This document shows positions 13,775 through 28,865 of a DNA stretch of 64,000 bases, in pieces. The notes under the pieces were generated by a model. It did no database searches. It was not told the DNA's origin and was given only the letters and a program-made list of their open reading frames with translations. The DNA is from Octopus vulgaris. Taxonomy: Eukaryota. Numbering within the stretch: position 1 is the first letter of the stretch; every line of letters starts with the position of its first letter. The position numbers were made by a program, and so were the translations under genes. The DNA is taken from positions 8,804,001 to 8,868,000 of the forward strand of contig OX597836.1 in assembly GCA_951406725.2 (NCBI GenBank). The letters run 5' to 3'.

Positions 13775-14139
13775 TTATAGTACACAGAATTATACATATA
13801 TATATTATATATTTATATATGCATATCCATGTACACAAACATACACACATACACTCATACATATACACACATTATGAATGTGTGTTATTGTATGCGTGAG
13901 TACTATTGTTGATTAGTTTGCCATGGGGCGCCCCTGGTTGAGTCCTCCTGCGTTACCAGGAGGTGTGTGGGCGACCCGAGTCACGTGACGGTCTTTATCC
14001 CAGTGGGAAAGGCTGGCTAAACATTTAGTTGACACCATGGCAAGATGGCGCCGGCATTACCGTAAATGGGAGTGAAGGAGGACACGTCGTTAACAGCGCC
14101 ATGATCGGGAACGCCATCACCGGCAGCAGCAGCAGCAGC

Positions 14140-14389
14140 AGAAACACCTCCGTCATCATCATCAACGTTATCGTCGTCGTCGTCGTCGTTGTCGTCATCA
14201 CCATCATCGTCAACATCATTATCATCATCTTCGTCGTTGTCGTCGTCGTCGTCGTCGTCGTAGTCGTCGTGTATCGTTGCGTCTTTGTCGTTGTTTTCAT
14301 CGTCCCGTTCATCATCGTGATCGTCGTCGTTGTCGTCATGAACATCATCATCATCATCATCATCATTGTTTTCGTCGTCGTCGTCATCG

Positions 14390-14421
<32 letters not shown>

Positions 14422-14482
14422 GCCATCATCACCATCATCGTCATCATCATCATCATCGTCGTCATCATCATCATCATCGTCG

Positions 14483-14517
<35 letters not shown>

Positions 14518-14870
14518 GTCGTCATCGTCATCATCATCATCATCGTCGTCATCATCATCATCATCATCATCATCGTCGTCATCATCATCATCATCATCAT
14601 CATCGTCATCATCATCAACATCAACAACGACATCATCGTCATCTTCATTATCGCCGTCGCCGCCTTCGTTGTCATGGTTATCGTTGTTTTCACCGTCTCC
14701 TCATCATTGTGATTGTGATCGTCGTTGTCGTCATCATCATCACCACCATCCTCATCATCGTTCTCCTCCTCTTCCTCCTCCTCTTTCTCACCGTCATCAC
14801 CTTTTTTTGCCGTTGTCATGTTTACCATCATCATCGTCAAATTCGTCATCTCCTTCATCGTCATTGTCAC
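14140..14870. repeat. Degenerate (CAT/CGT)n array
   Basis: Direct reading. Confidence 0.9.
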
Positions 14871-15126
14871 TGAAATAAAAATAATGATACCTCACTATCC
14901 AAACGTATATGGACATTAAAACCACAAAATACTACGTTTAGCATTCACTGGAAAAAAATGTCACATGCACGACCATACAAAGGTAGCAAAAATCCCTGCC
15001 AACTTCGTACTAACCAATCCTATCACATTCTTATATTCAGGAATCAAATTCGATAGGAGTTCAGCTTACCGTAGAAAATGTATCCTTTACAGAAACTATA
15101 TAAATCCAAGATGAACTCGAATGTAC

Positions 15127-15172
15127 CAGAGTTCGATGATGGCTTAGCAGGCTGAAACTTCGAAGTCTCTGT
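15127..15172 (+). ncRNA. Minimal hammerhead-like motif (variant core)
   Basis: TCGATGA-t-GGC ttagcag GCT-GAAA-CTTCGAAG-TC; palindromic stem III ACTTCGAAGT; stem I poorly paired. Confidence 0.55.
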
Positions 15173-15464
15173 CAATTCTATTCTTCTTGAAGAATAAATA
15201 AGTACTCAACAAAAAATACTGAGTAATTCTTCAGTCGTTTAATGCAAAAGTGTTTTAATATTTCAACATAAAAACAAATACACACACATATATGTTTGCG
15301 CGAGTTGTGCGCGTGTGTGTAGATGAGTGTATGTTTGTGTATGTATGTATATACGGTGCTTTATTCTAAAATGAATAAACATTATTAATTTACATTTTAT
15401 ACGTTCGCTTGCGCCATCTATCTATCGATTTATCTATCTATCCATCTATAACTGTGTGACTATA

Positions 15465-15915
15465 TTATGTATGTATGCATGCATGCATTCATTTTTGTAC
15501 GCATGTATGTATGCATGTATGTATGTATGTATGTATGTATGTATGTATGTATGTATGTATGAATGTATGTATGTATGTGTGTGTATGTATGTATGTATGT
15601 ATGTATGTATGTATGTTGTAGTTATGTATGTATGTATGTATGTATGTATGTATGTATGTATGAATGTATGTATGTATGTGTGTGTATGTATGTATGTATG
15701 TATGTATGTATGTATGTTGTAGTTATGTATGTATGTATGTATGTATGTATGTATGTATGTATGTATGTACGTATGTATGTATGTATGTATGTATGTATGT
15801 GTGTGTGTACGTATGTATGTATGTATGTACGTATGTATGTATGTATGTATGTATGTATGTATGTGTGTGTGTACGTATGTATGTATGTATGTATGCATGT
15901 ATGTATGTATGTATG
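15465..15915. repeat. (TATG)n array with internal higher-order duplication
   Basis: Direct reading. Confidence 0.95.
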
Positions 15916-15999
15916 TCGTTATTCAGGTGTATTTCTTACCAGCAGAGATTTCTTACCAATAAAGGAAGAGCTGGTTTCTAACCTAGATGCGTATATGTC

Positions 16000-16190
16000 T
16001 GTCTGTGTGTGTTTGTGACCCACCACTATCTGACAACCGGTGTTGCTGTGTTTACATCCGCGTAACTTAGCGGTTCGGCAAAAAGATACCGAAAGAATAA
16101 GTCTTGGGGTCAAGTTAGACTAAAACCGTTCATGGCTGGGCCCCAGCATGACCGCAGTCAAATGACTGAAACAGGTAAACGATAAAAGAC
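16000..16190 (+). mobile_element. SINE family A, 3' half
   Basis: taacttagcggttcggcaaaa...ccagcatgaccgcagtcaaatgactgaaac. Confidence 0.85.
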
Positions 16191-16444
16191 AGAAGGTGTA
16201 TATATATATATACATGCATACCCGTATATATAATGCGCGTATATATATCAATGTATGTTTAAATATACATACGTATATGCACACTTGCTAAGTATATTTT
16301 GGAGAGTTAAACAGAATCGCTTAGACGTATATACCACTCTTTGTTGAAACGATTAAAACAGAACAAAAACGACAACAACAACAACAAAACAAGCAAACAA
16401 ACAACAGTAACATCAAGAATAGCAACAACAACACCAAAAATAAT

Positions 16445-16475
<31 letters not shown>

Positions 16476-16818
16476 TGAACAACTAGAACAGCGGGAAAAA
16501 ATACAAACCCATTGAATCGAGCAAGCCGACAAAAGATTTGATACCTCAAACAAGAGAGAAAGCAAAAACAACAACAAAACAGCGACATCATAATCATCAT
16601 CATTATCATAATCATCATCATCATCATCATCAACAACAACAACGGCAGCGTTAGCAGCAACAAGAACAATATGAACATTGGCAAGTGTAGTGATAGCCGG
16701 AGCAGTGTCTAGAAATCCGTTTGGGACCTTAAGAAGCCCGGAAAAGCACAGCGTGTGACAACTGAGTTTTTGTGTAAACAGGAAGTAATAGCAGAACTCA
16801 CCAGATTTTTAGCGAGAG

Positions 16819-16860
<42 letters not shown>

Positions 16861-16954
16861 ACAGAGGGAGAGAGAGAGACAGAGAGTGAGAAAGAGAAAG
16901 AGAGACTCAGAGACAGACAGAGAAAGGAAGAGAGAGAGGGAGGAAAGAAAAACT

Positions 16955-16999
<45 letters not shown>

Positions 17000-17118
17000 G
17001 TGGTGGTAGTGATGATGGTGGCGGCGGCAGCGGCGTTGATGGTGGTGCTGGAGATGCTTGTAATGGCTGTGGTGAAGATGATGATGATGATGATGATGAT
17101 GATAATGATGATAGATAT

Positions 17119-17197
<79 letters not shown>

Positions 17198-17242
17198 GCC
17201 GCCGCCGCTACCACCACCACCACCACTACCACCACCACCACC

Positions 17243-17289
<47 letters not shown>

Positions 17290-17315
17290 CACTACCTACC
17301 ACCACCACCACCACC

Positions 17316-17389
<74 letters not shown>

Positions 17390-17909
17390 CACTACTACTA
17401 CCACTACTGCGACTAATGATGATGATGATGATAAGCGTTTCTTCATTGGCCACAAGGGCGACGAATGGGGGACGTTTCAAAGACGATTCGCAAAACAGTG
17501 GATACACACACACACAAACACACACCCATTTACATTCATACGTATGTACTTACACACATACATAGATACATATGTACACATACACATACACACACATACA
17601 AACAGAGAGAGAGAGAGAGAGAGAGAGGAGGGGAGAGACAGAGTCAGAAGCGAGAAGGGGTCGGTGTTAAGTTAATGTTAAGAAATTTCATGCAGCGAAC
17701 ATTAAATTGTTAACTAGAAACAATTATGTTGTGAGATAAGAAATGAATGTTAATCAACGATCAATATTGTTTTAGTGAGTTCGGAAAATACGCAGAATAA
17801 TTTCGAGCGTGTTTCACTCTTATTATTCCTTCATCAGCGGAACATGGATCTTCGTGTACTTGACGAAGAGTGACGGAGATATAACTGTGTGCAAATTTAC
17901 ATCATTACG

Positions 17910-18060
17910 TGTGTCCATGCAGGGAGATTCAGCGTGACACAGAATGTGACGAGGCCGACTCTTTTAAATACAAGTACTACTCACTTTTTGCCAGCTGAGT
18001 GGACTGGAGCAACGTGAAATAAAGTGTCTTGCTCAAGGACACAAAGCGCCGCCAGGAATT
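17910..18060 (-). mobile_element. SINE family C fragment (CORE/Meta-like central domain)
   Basis: Reverse complement tgtgtccttgagcaagacactttatttcacgttgctccagtccactcagctggcaaaaa. Confidence 0.8.
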
Positions 18061-18426
18061 AAGGACTATCACAATTAGTTACATTGAAGTCAGAAAATCC
18101 TACCCTGAAGGAAAATTAGGGGTTTGTGCTTCTTTGAAATTAATAAACGTTTCAAACTTCCCCGAATACACTTTGCATATTAATGATTATCGTCAGTATT
18201 TGTGACCAAACACACACAGACAGAAATATTGGCTGCCTTCGTCATCATCATCATCAGTATCATCATCATCGTTGTCGTCGTTATCGTCGTAGTTGTCGTC
18301 ATCATTATCATCATTGCCTCTCTCTCTCGTCAGCATCATTCACCAAGACCTCCACTACGTCGAGCACCATCATCGCCGGACAGCATAATCATCACCATCA
18401 TCATCATCACCACCACCACCACCACC

Positions 18427-18484
<58 letters not shown>

Positions 18485-19202
18485 CCACCATCATCATCAT
18501 TCCCCCACTACCTCCAACGCCACTACCGCCACATTCTCTATCACCGTCATCGCCAACATCACCGCCATTGTCGTCATCATCATTATCGTCGTCGTCATCA
18601 CCATAATCATCATCATCATTACCATCATCATTACCCATCATCATCATCAACACCACTAGCATCATGATCATCATTATGATCGTGATGATGATCATTATTA
18701 CCATCATCGACCGTAATCATCATAACTACCACCACCATCATTGGCGCTGCCACAATTTCTTCATTGTCGCATTCACCACTACAACCCCTGCACATCGATC
18801 ACCACCACCACCACCACCATCATTATCCTCATCATCAACAACAACATCATCATCATCATCGTCATCATCATCGTCATCATAACTATTCCTTCTCAATATC
18901 ATCACCGACATCAGCATCATCATCATCATCATCATTTCCCAGCACCACCACCAGCATCGCCGCCTCAAGCATCATTATCGCCGTCGTCGTCGTCGTCGTC
19001 TTCATTACCATCATCATCATCCTCATCATCATCATCATCATCGTAAACAACAACAACACGAAGTACATGTCCATCAAATAAACTTCAGTTCTTCCAGTCG
19101 GGTGTCTAAAATTCATTATAAATTGATGAAACGAAGAGTTAACATGGACAATATACCTCCACCACCACCACCACCACCACTACCACCAACACCACTAGCA
19201 CC

Positions 19203-19233
<31 letters not shown>

Positions 19234-19430
19234 CCACTAGCACCAACACCGTCGCCGCCACCAATTATTATACGAGTGAAATGACGAAGTGTTTCATCCA
19301 TTTTTTTTCTGGCCAGTTAAAATTATTCTTCGTTCTTAGAAAAACAATGGCGATTTGTACATCCTTTCTCAGTGTGTGTGTCTGTCCGTATGCGTACATG
19401 TCTGTACGTGTGTGTTTGTATGTGTTTGTA

Positions 19431-19474
<44 letters not shown>

Positions 19475-19956
19475 ACTACACATTGTAACATGTCTATCAA
19501 CAATAGAATTGAGAGTTAATATCTCTGGGGAGGTATCGCTATATACTAAACTCACTCACCGTAGACGCTCACTATTTTTTCCCTCTCTCTCTCTTTCTCT
19601 TTCCTCTCTTTAGCTATTGCCTTTTTTCTCTCTCTCTCTCACTCTTTCTCTCCGTCCCTCTTTGCAAACACACTTGTATGTAAATATGAATGTTTGCACG
19701 TACGTATATATCTATGTATATGTATATATTATCATTAGGTTATTACGTAGATATCCACCTATATTATATACATAAAATATTGTATATATACATTTATATA
19801 TGTATGTATATATATAATGGTATATATAATTTCATTATATACTAAATAATTATGTTACATAATATATTATTTATAAATTAACTTTAGTATACATACATAT
19901 TCTTACGTATACATATATGTATAAATATACACATATATATACACACTTGTACACAA

Positions 19957-19991
<35 letters not shown>

Positions 19992-20076
19992 AAGTTAATC
20001 CAAACAAGAAAACAAAAAGACAACAACGCAAGGATGTGGAACAAATAAAGTATTATTGGACGCTCAGGAAAGAAGG

Positions 20077-20107
<31 letters not shown>

Positions 20108-20122
20108 CAAATATATATATAA

Positions 20123-20522
20123 ATGAGTAACAAAGATGTACTGGTGTCAATTCATTACGGCCGTTTCAAGTGACACCGTTATTTGATTAATGAAAACATT
20201 TCATCATTTTAAAGAAACCGTTCTCTAACATAAAAGACAAAACCATTTCCTTAAGATATTCACATCAATAACAAAACTCAAAATATTTACATCGATTTTT
20301 TTTTTGTCATATCTGTGGTAGAATGAAACAATGTAAATATTTTGAGTTCCGTTATTGAGATGAATATGTTAAAGAAATGCTTGTATCCTTTATGTTTGAA
20401 GTCTATGCGGTCATCTGATGAGAACGGTTTCTTTCAAATGACGGAATATTTTCATTAATCAATTAAAGGAGTCGCTTGAAACGGCCGTAATGAATTGACA
20501 CCTGTACATCAATGTCACTCAT
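20123..20522. repeat. Imperfect foldback (arms 20123-20292 and 20331-20522)
   Basis: gtgtcaattcattacggccgtttcaag versus cttgaaacggccgtaatgaattgacac, continuing inward. Confidence 0.9.
20411..20493 (+). ncRNA. Type I hammerhead ribozyme with long stem II
   Basis: TCAT-CTGATGA-[GAACGGTTTCTTT...AAAGGAGTCGCTT]-GAAAC-GGCC-GTA-ATGA. Confidence 0.75.
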
Positions 20523-20764
20523 ATTTTATTCACCTAATTTAGAATTTGCACTTCGGAAATATTATAGAAAGTACCTTTATAAAAAATACATGCCTGAATT
20601 ACCAAGAACGGATATCTTCATTTAGCTGGGTTGCGTTGTCTGCACATACGCCAGGAACATCAGGTACAAACACCACTGCATGGAGTCTTAATATTTAATA
20701 TTCAATTAATATTGTTTGGGTGACCTAGCAAGGTGCCTCGATTTAAGTACCTAATTCAGCGGAA

Positions 20765-20829
<65 letters not shown>

Positions 20830-20864
20830 TATATATACATAATGCTTGTAGATATATGTATATT

Positions 20865-21095
20865 CTTTTATTTGACTGCGGCCATGCTGGAACACTGCCT
20901 TTAGTCGAGCAAATCTATCCCAGGACTTATTCATTGTAAACCTAGCACTTATTCTATCGGTTATATATATATATATTTTTTTTCTTTTACTTGTTTCAGT
21001 CATTTGACTGCGGCCATGCTGGAGCACCGCCTTTAGTCGAGCAAATCGACCCCGGGACTTATTCTTTGTAAGCCCAGTACTTATTCTATCGGTCT

Positions 21096-21131
<36 letters not shown>

Positions 21132-21330
21132 ATATGTCTGTGTTTGTTTCCCCAACATCGTTTGACAATCGATACAGCTGTGTTTACGTCGCCGTAACTT
21201 AGCGGTTCGGCAAAAAGGGGCCGATAGAATAAGTACTAGGCTTACAAAGAATAAGTCCTGGGGGTCGATTTGCTCGACTAAAGGCGGTCCTCCAGCATGG
21301 CTGCAGTTAAATGACTGAAACACATAAAAA
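20865..21330. mobile_element. Cluster of SINE A 3' fragments (two minus, one plus)
   Basis: 20865-20962 and 20983-21100 on minus; 21135-21330 on plus. Confidence 0.85.
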
Positions 21331-21489
21331 TAAAAAAAAATTTTTAAATGGTATTCTGGGCGTCTGCAAATGAGGAAATCTTCGGAGGAATTTTGAGCTG
21401 AAAGTTGGTTTTTAGCGATCTTCTTTTGCCTGATTCTTCTCGTGCTCATCGTCGTCATCGTCGTCTCATCATCATCATCATCATCACCG

Positions 21490-21551
<62 letters not shown>

Positions 21552-21555
21552 GTCG

Positions 21556-21609
<54 letters not shown>

Positions 21610-21633
21610 CCGTTGTCATCATCATCATCATCG

Positions 21634-21672
<39 letters not shown>

Positions 21673-21915
21673 CCGTTGTCATCATCCTCATCATCGTCAT
21701 CATCACCATTATCTTCTTCTTCTTCTTCTTCTTCTCCTCCTCCTCCTCCTCCTTCTTCTTCTTCTTCGTCTTCTTTATTCAGATGATTGAAATTAGCAAG
21801 TTGTTTAAAGAAGTCGGACAGCATTGTTGGCTGTTTGGTGGGTGAGATAGTTTTCAAGCACAGACCATTCAAATTTTGTACTATTATTTCTTACCAAAGA
21901 CTAAATATATTTCAT

Positions 21916-22010
<95 letters not shown>

Positions 22011-22033
22011 CATATATATACATATATACATAC

Positions 22034-22122
<89 letters not shown>

Positions 22123-22354
22123 CGTGTGTATCTATATATATGTAAGCAAAAACAGGTGTGGTAGTCAATGCTTTATAGGACATACACGCGTTGAGTAAAA
22201 TACTGAAATAACTTCACTACTTGTAGCAATTTTTATATACATATCTATCTCCCCCTATCTATCTATCTTTCTATCTATCTCTATCTATCTATCTACCTAT
22301 TTATCTACCTATCTATCTTTCTTTCTGTCTTTCTTTCTCTCTGTTCACCTATAG

Positions 22355-22697
22355 ATGGCCGTGTCGTAAGAAGCTTGCTTTCCAGCCATATGGTTCTGCG
22401 TTCAGTTCCACTGCATGGCACCTTGCGCAAGTGACTTCTACTTTAGCCTCAGGGAAACCAAAGCCTTGTGAGTGAATTTGGTAGACGGAAACTGAAAGAA
22501 GCCCATCATATATGTCTGTATGCATTCATGCGTCTGTGTTTGTCGCCCCACCGTCGTTTGACAACCGATGCTGATGTGTTTATGTCCCCGTAACTTAGCA
22601 GACCGATAGAATAAGTACTAAGCTTACAAACAATATGTCCGGAGGTCAGTTTGTTCGACTAAAGGCGGTGCTCCAGTGACTAAAGCGCGTAAAACAA
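22355..22697 (+). mobile_element. SINE family A
   Basis: Head through to aaggcggtgctccag. Confidence 0.85.
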
Positions 22698-23004
22698 TAA
22701 ATGAATCCTGTACGTCTCTGTCGGTCATCTGTCTTTCCATAATAAATGGCTGATGTTTTGCCATTTGAATTACATTTGAAAGTATCAGCCAAAGTCGACA
22801 TCAGTCTGTCACTATCTATGTCACAGCACCATAACCAGAAGATTTCTTGACCTCCTGAAACTCTCTTGAGTTCTAGGTACGACCTCTGACCCTTGACCCT
22901 TGCGTAATTTTCTCTTTGCATCTATTAAAGATAAAACACACTTGGGAGTATCTTCTTGGCTACAATCTATTCATGTACGAAGACACGATTATGCATGATT
23001 GTAT

Positions 23005-23051
<47 letters not shown>

Positions 23052-23208
23052 CGGTGCTTATTGCTTTCGAAGACAAATCTTATTAAATGGCCACAGTAAT
23101 TAACTTGATTTGATATGATTCGAATTGGGGCGCATGAAATTGTTTGTGAATATGTGTTAAATATCTATATCTGTAGACTGATAACTTTCATGTAAGCCCA
23201 TGGATATA

Positions 23209-23298
<90 letters not shown>

Positions 23299-23440
23299 AA
23301 AAAATCAAGGGTGTAAAGATTTCCGCATAATCACCGAACCTGGAGCTTAACTATGATCTATCCATAGCACCTACTCAGCATTACCTGACACCTTTGGGTC
23401 TTATTGACACCATTACCTCTCATAACCTATACATATATAT

Positions 23441-23501
<61 letters not shown>

Positions 23502-23854
23502 TATATAAGTACATATATATACGAACAAACGCATACATATATATATACATTTATATATAAGTTTGTGCATATATATGCATATATATACATGTACATATAT
23601 ATATATATATCTGAAACTACATATGCATGTGTGTATAATTATAAGTAAACATATACAGGTGCTCATATAGGCATATATATATGTACATACATACATACTT
23701 ACATACATACATACATACATACATACATTCGTACATAATATATACATACATACATAAACACACACATGCACACATACACATATATAGATATATCATATAT
23801 CATATCTTATATATGTATATAATAAGAACACACACACACACACTCACACGCACG

Positions 23855-23894
<40 letters not shown>

Positions 23895-25564
23895 TTCAGA
23901 TGCATCTGTTGGCGTATATTAGGAAGTTGTCTTTCTGTCTTTCTCAATAATTCTTGACATATACAGATCTTATCTAAAACTCTTTCCTCTCCTGAACATT
24001 TCTGGAAGCCTCTTTGTTGCTTCTCGTGTTGTTGTTGTTGTTGTTGTTTGAGGTGGTGTTGGCATTGTTTCTATTGTTATTTGGCCTCGGCGTTGTTGTT
24101 GTTGTTGTTCATATTGTTGTTGTGGTCGTTTGAAGCCTTTCCTCCCTTTGTTCGTTAATTTTCTTGTTGTTTTGTTTTTGTTTTTGTTTTTGTGTTTGTT
24201 TGTTTTTTTGTAGGGGGGGTAGTTTGTTTATCTTTTTTTTTAATTTGGTGGTGTTCTTGGTATTGCTAATAATATTTAGGGTGTGGCCTGGGCGGCAGAA
24301 TGCCAGTTAGAAAGAGGAGGTGTGAGAAAAAGAGACACACAGACAGACAGAGACAGAGAGAAAGAGACAGACATATCAAGCGAGACAGAGAAAGAGACAG
24401 ACATATCAAGCGAGACAGAGTGTAAGAAAGAGAGAGAGAGAGAGAGAAAGAGTGTAAGAAAGAGAGAGAGAGAAAGAAAGAGAGAGAAACAGAAAGACAA
24501 AGAGAGAGAGAGAGTGAGAGAGGGCTGAAAGAAACATAGACAGAGAGAGACAGAGAGAGACAGAGACACACAAGAGGAAAGAGACAGAAAGATATACAGA
24601 GACATAGAGAGAAAGAGACATATAAACAGACAGGCAGACAGACAGAGAGAAGAAAGAAACAGAGAAAAAAATGAGACAGAGACACGAAGTGAAAGAGAGA
24701 CAAAGAGAGACTGTGACATGCGCACGCACACACTAGGGGAAAGAGAAACACAGAGAGACAGGCAGAGAAGGAGAGAGAGCCATACGTTTTCTACTCATTC
24801 TATCTGTATGCGTAGATTTCTTTTGTGCGCACGTGTGTTCGCGTTTGCTTCCAGTGATGATTAATACTTTTGTCCCCTTTTTCACCGATTCTGCGTTTGC
24901 TCTCTGACTGAGTTTAATCAATTTTTGATTTCATTAAATTCGTTCTAATGGCTTATTCCTGACCGGCTACAGTTAATGATTCAGTTTTGCGTTTCATGCA
25001 TCTGTCGACCACAGCCCGCCGTTTTACATCCAACATCCGCAGTTTGTCGCATCAATTAGCCACGCAGTTCTTTCTCTTTATACCAATTTGTCTTCTCGCC
25101 CTCCTTTCTGCATTTGAATCCTCTTACTGATTTAATGAGTTTTGGGATATTTCTAGCCATAGACAATATGCTTTCTTCACTACGCACAACATAGTTTTTC
25201 AACCTCAATACCCAATATCGCAGCACCGGTGGTGTTCTCTTAAAATTTTCTTGGTGCTTATAAACACGGTACTAAATTCGTGAAGATCGAACCATCGATA
25301 AGGTTACTGAATGTAACGAAAGGACTTCGAAAAATCAATTTACTAGCACTCTGATTGTGGAACTGAGATGAAATGCAAACGGTGCGTGTGGGTAAATTAG
25401 CATTATTACCGACCCGTATTCATGAAATACTTTTTTCAACACAGAATTTAATGTAAAAAAAAACAATAATATATGCCATGGTGAAATACGCCCTCACTCT
25501 TGTAATGAATATTTATACCTTCATAATTGTACTATGTATGTGTATTGTGCTTATGTCTATATAC

Positions 25565-25663
<99 letters not shown>

Positions 25664-25803
25664 CTTCCATGTGGCACGCTCGATGAATTGCAAAGATCTC
25701 TTTACATGAAACGAAACCATTGGTTGCCCTGTTAACCCTCAAATAAAGAATATTTATCTACCAATGTGGTGTTAAGAGCTCGTTCTCACTGCTCGATATT
25801 AGC

Positions 25804-25853
<50 letters not shown>

Positions 25854-25978
25854 ATAGATATTCATGCATCTATACATGTTATCTATCCATAATTCTTTCT
25901 TTTAAACTGTGTCTAGTTAGGTGGGAACCTTTCTTTTCTGTTTTCCATTTCCTATATATCCGTATATACATATAAGCG

Positions 25979-26094
<116 letters not shown>

Positions 26095-26160
26095 CATACA
26101 TACATACATACATACATACAAACGTATATACGTATGTAAATCTATATACATACATATATG

Positions 26161-26240
<80 letters not shown>

Positions 26241-26810
26241 CATTTACACATATCTGTGGTGTGTGTGTGTGTTTATTCCAAAACCTTCTGTCTCTCCGTT
26301 CTTCCCTTCCATATAACAATATCCTGTATTCCTGCTGGGTCTAAAGAACTAAGGCACATCACCCCATCGCCGACCCTTCACCTCACATCCCAACTTTCCC
26401 ACCCACCCCTTCACACACACCCTATCATCCCATCGCTTGCCATCATCCCCCCTATCACCCCCACCCCACTACTCACACTATTTTCTAAATCCCTTTCTTT
26501 TCTTCTTTTTGTGTCTTTGTGTTGTTTTTATTTTCTTGTCATAACGAAAACATCGTTTCTGTGTGTATATGTATATGTGTGTATAGATGTATGTGTGTGT
26601 ATGTATGCTTTTGTGTGCATGTGTATATTTATGTGTATATATGTGTATGTATATATATGTGTACATGAAACCGTAGAAGTATGCTTGTAAACGCGCGTGT
26701 GTGTAATTATATATATATATATGTGTGTGTGTGTGTGGTGTATGTGTGTGTGTGTGTGTATTTTGTATGTGTATGTCAAAGTGCCTTTCTGTATATGTCG
26801 CTCATCGGAC

Positions 26811-26842
<32 letters not shown>

Positions 26843-27140
26843 ATGTGAAAGTGCGTTTCTGCATTTGACGCTCATCGGACGTGTATGTGTGTCTGCATCC
26901 TTATGCATAACTGTATGTACGCTTATGTATTTTAACACAGCTTGTGTTTACGCTTGTGTGTATACTCCTACGTATGTTTCTACGCACGTGTGTTTATTAT
27001 GTGATGTGTGTATGTGTGCGTGCGTGCGTGCGTCCATGTGTGTGTGTGTTCTGTGTATGGTGTATGTGTTTGTGTGTCTGTGTATCGATAAATCTGTATG
27101 CATTATCCCAGTGCTCTGATGTGAATATACACAGACACGC

Positions 27141-27173
<33 letters not shown>

Positions 27174-27591
27174 TAGATAGGTAGGTAGATAGATGTGGAG
27201 ATAGGTATATACATATATATACACACACACATCGTTCTGATCAGTATGTCTATAGGCATGCGTGCTGTGCTGTGCTATGCTGTGTGTTGGAACGCATATG
27301 TTTACGTTTAAAACCATTAACTTTTTGTAAGTATGTTATAATAAATACCAACGGGAGGATTTCCGAAACACCAATCAGCATTCTTTTAAAGGTTTTACAA
27401 ATCACAGCGTGAAACAACCTGTTACACAAGAGAGGTTTCGTTGGAGAAATACGCGCCTGGACATGGATCTATATAGTGATACAGGCCAACACAAACGCAT
27501 ACACAGATATAGATGTCTACGGATGTAAATATGTACACACTTTATATACACCTACAAGTAAATGTGCTTGTGGATGTTTACAACAACGTGT

Positions 27592-27626
<35 letters not shown>

Positions 27627-27732
27627 TATATAGATAGATAGGTAGATAGATAAATAAATAGATAGATAGACTGATAGATAGATAGATAAATAGATAGATA
27701 AATAAATAGATAGATAGACAGACAGACAGACT

Positions 27733-27811
<79 letters not shown>

Positions 27812-27922
27812 CGACCGACAGATAAACAAATAGATACACACACACACACATACATACATATATATACACACATATGCAAAAATGCGTACATACGTGTATA
27901 TATATATATATATACACACACA

Positions 27923-27979
<57 letters not shown>

Positions 27980-28486
27980 GTATATATATATACATACATA
28001 TATATATACACACACGCACATGCATTTATATACATTTATAGATAGATTGGTAAAGATATACATATACATATATTTATATACATAATATACAACATACACA
28101 CATGTATGTATGTGTGCATATATGTATGCCTGTATGTATGTATGTTATGTTACGTGTCCATCTGTCGGTAGTCTGTCACGTGCTGTGTCGCATATCGGTC
28201 TGTTTATGCCCGCCATTACCGCCGCTGGGATATAAAGGTTTTATATTATTCTCTGTAACAAGACAGATTTTTATGAGAAAATGTAGGTTGTTCCAAACTC
28301 AATCTTGCTATTTTATCCGGATGTGCGTCGAGCAGGCACCCTAGTTTAAATAACAAGAATTTGACAAAGCTAACCGAAGGAGAGAGAGACAGACAGACAG
28401 ACAGAGAGAGGGAGAAAGGGAGCGGGAGAAAGTGGTGTTGCGAGAGAAGTCGACACTATTATATGACTGGTATTTTATGAGGATGA

Positions 28487-28865
28487 AGGCGGCGAGCTGG
28501 CAGAATCGTTAGCACGCCGGGCGAAATGCTTAGCGGTATTTTCGTCTGCTGTTACGTTCTCAGTTCAAATTCCGCCGAGGTCGACTTTGCCTTTCATCCT
28601 TTTGGGGTCGATAAATTGAGTACCAGTTACGCACTGGGGTCGATGTAATCGACTTAATGTCTATGTCTGTCTTTGTTTGTCCCCTCTGTGTTTAGCCCCT
28701 TGTGGGTAATAAAGAAATAGGAATTTCGTCTGCGTTACGTTGTGAGTTCAAAATTCCGCCGAGGTCGACTTTGCCTTTCATCCTTTCGATATTATCAACT
28801 TAATCCATTTGTCTGTCCTTGTTTGTCCCCTCTGTGTTTAACCCCTTGTGGGCAGAAAAGTCATA
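28487..28865 (+). mobile_element. SINE family B (tRNA-derived head, Nin/Deu-like domain), partial dimer
   Basis: GGCGGCGAGCTGGCAGAATCG head, GTTCAAATTCC B box, GCCTTTCATCCTTTTGGGGTCGATAAATTGAGTACCAG core; second unit starts at 28721. Confidence 0.9.

Noticed and set aside
17795-17842. Minus-strand CTGATGA...GAAAC hammerhead candidate
   Set aside because: Stem II and stem I do not pair; at best a decayed remnant
21081-21872. 263 aa acidic ORF on minus
   Set aside because: Mostly (GAT)n, runs into a SINE, and shows no recognisable domain or convincing exon boundaries
25288-25335. GTTAC/GTAAC hairpin followed by GAAA and ACTTCGAA
   Set aside because: Core too degenerate (CGATAA) to call a hammerhead
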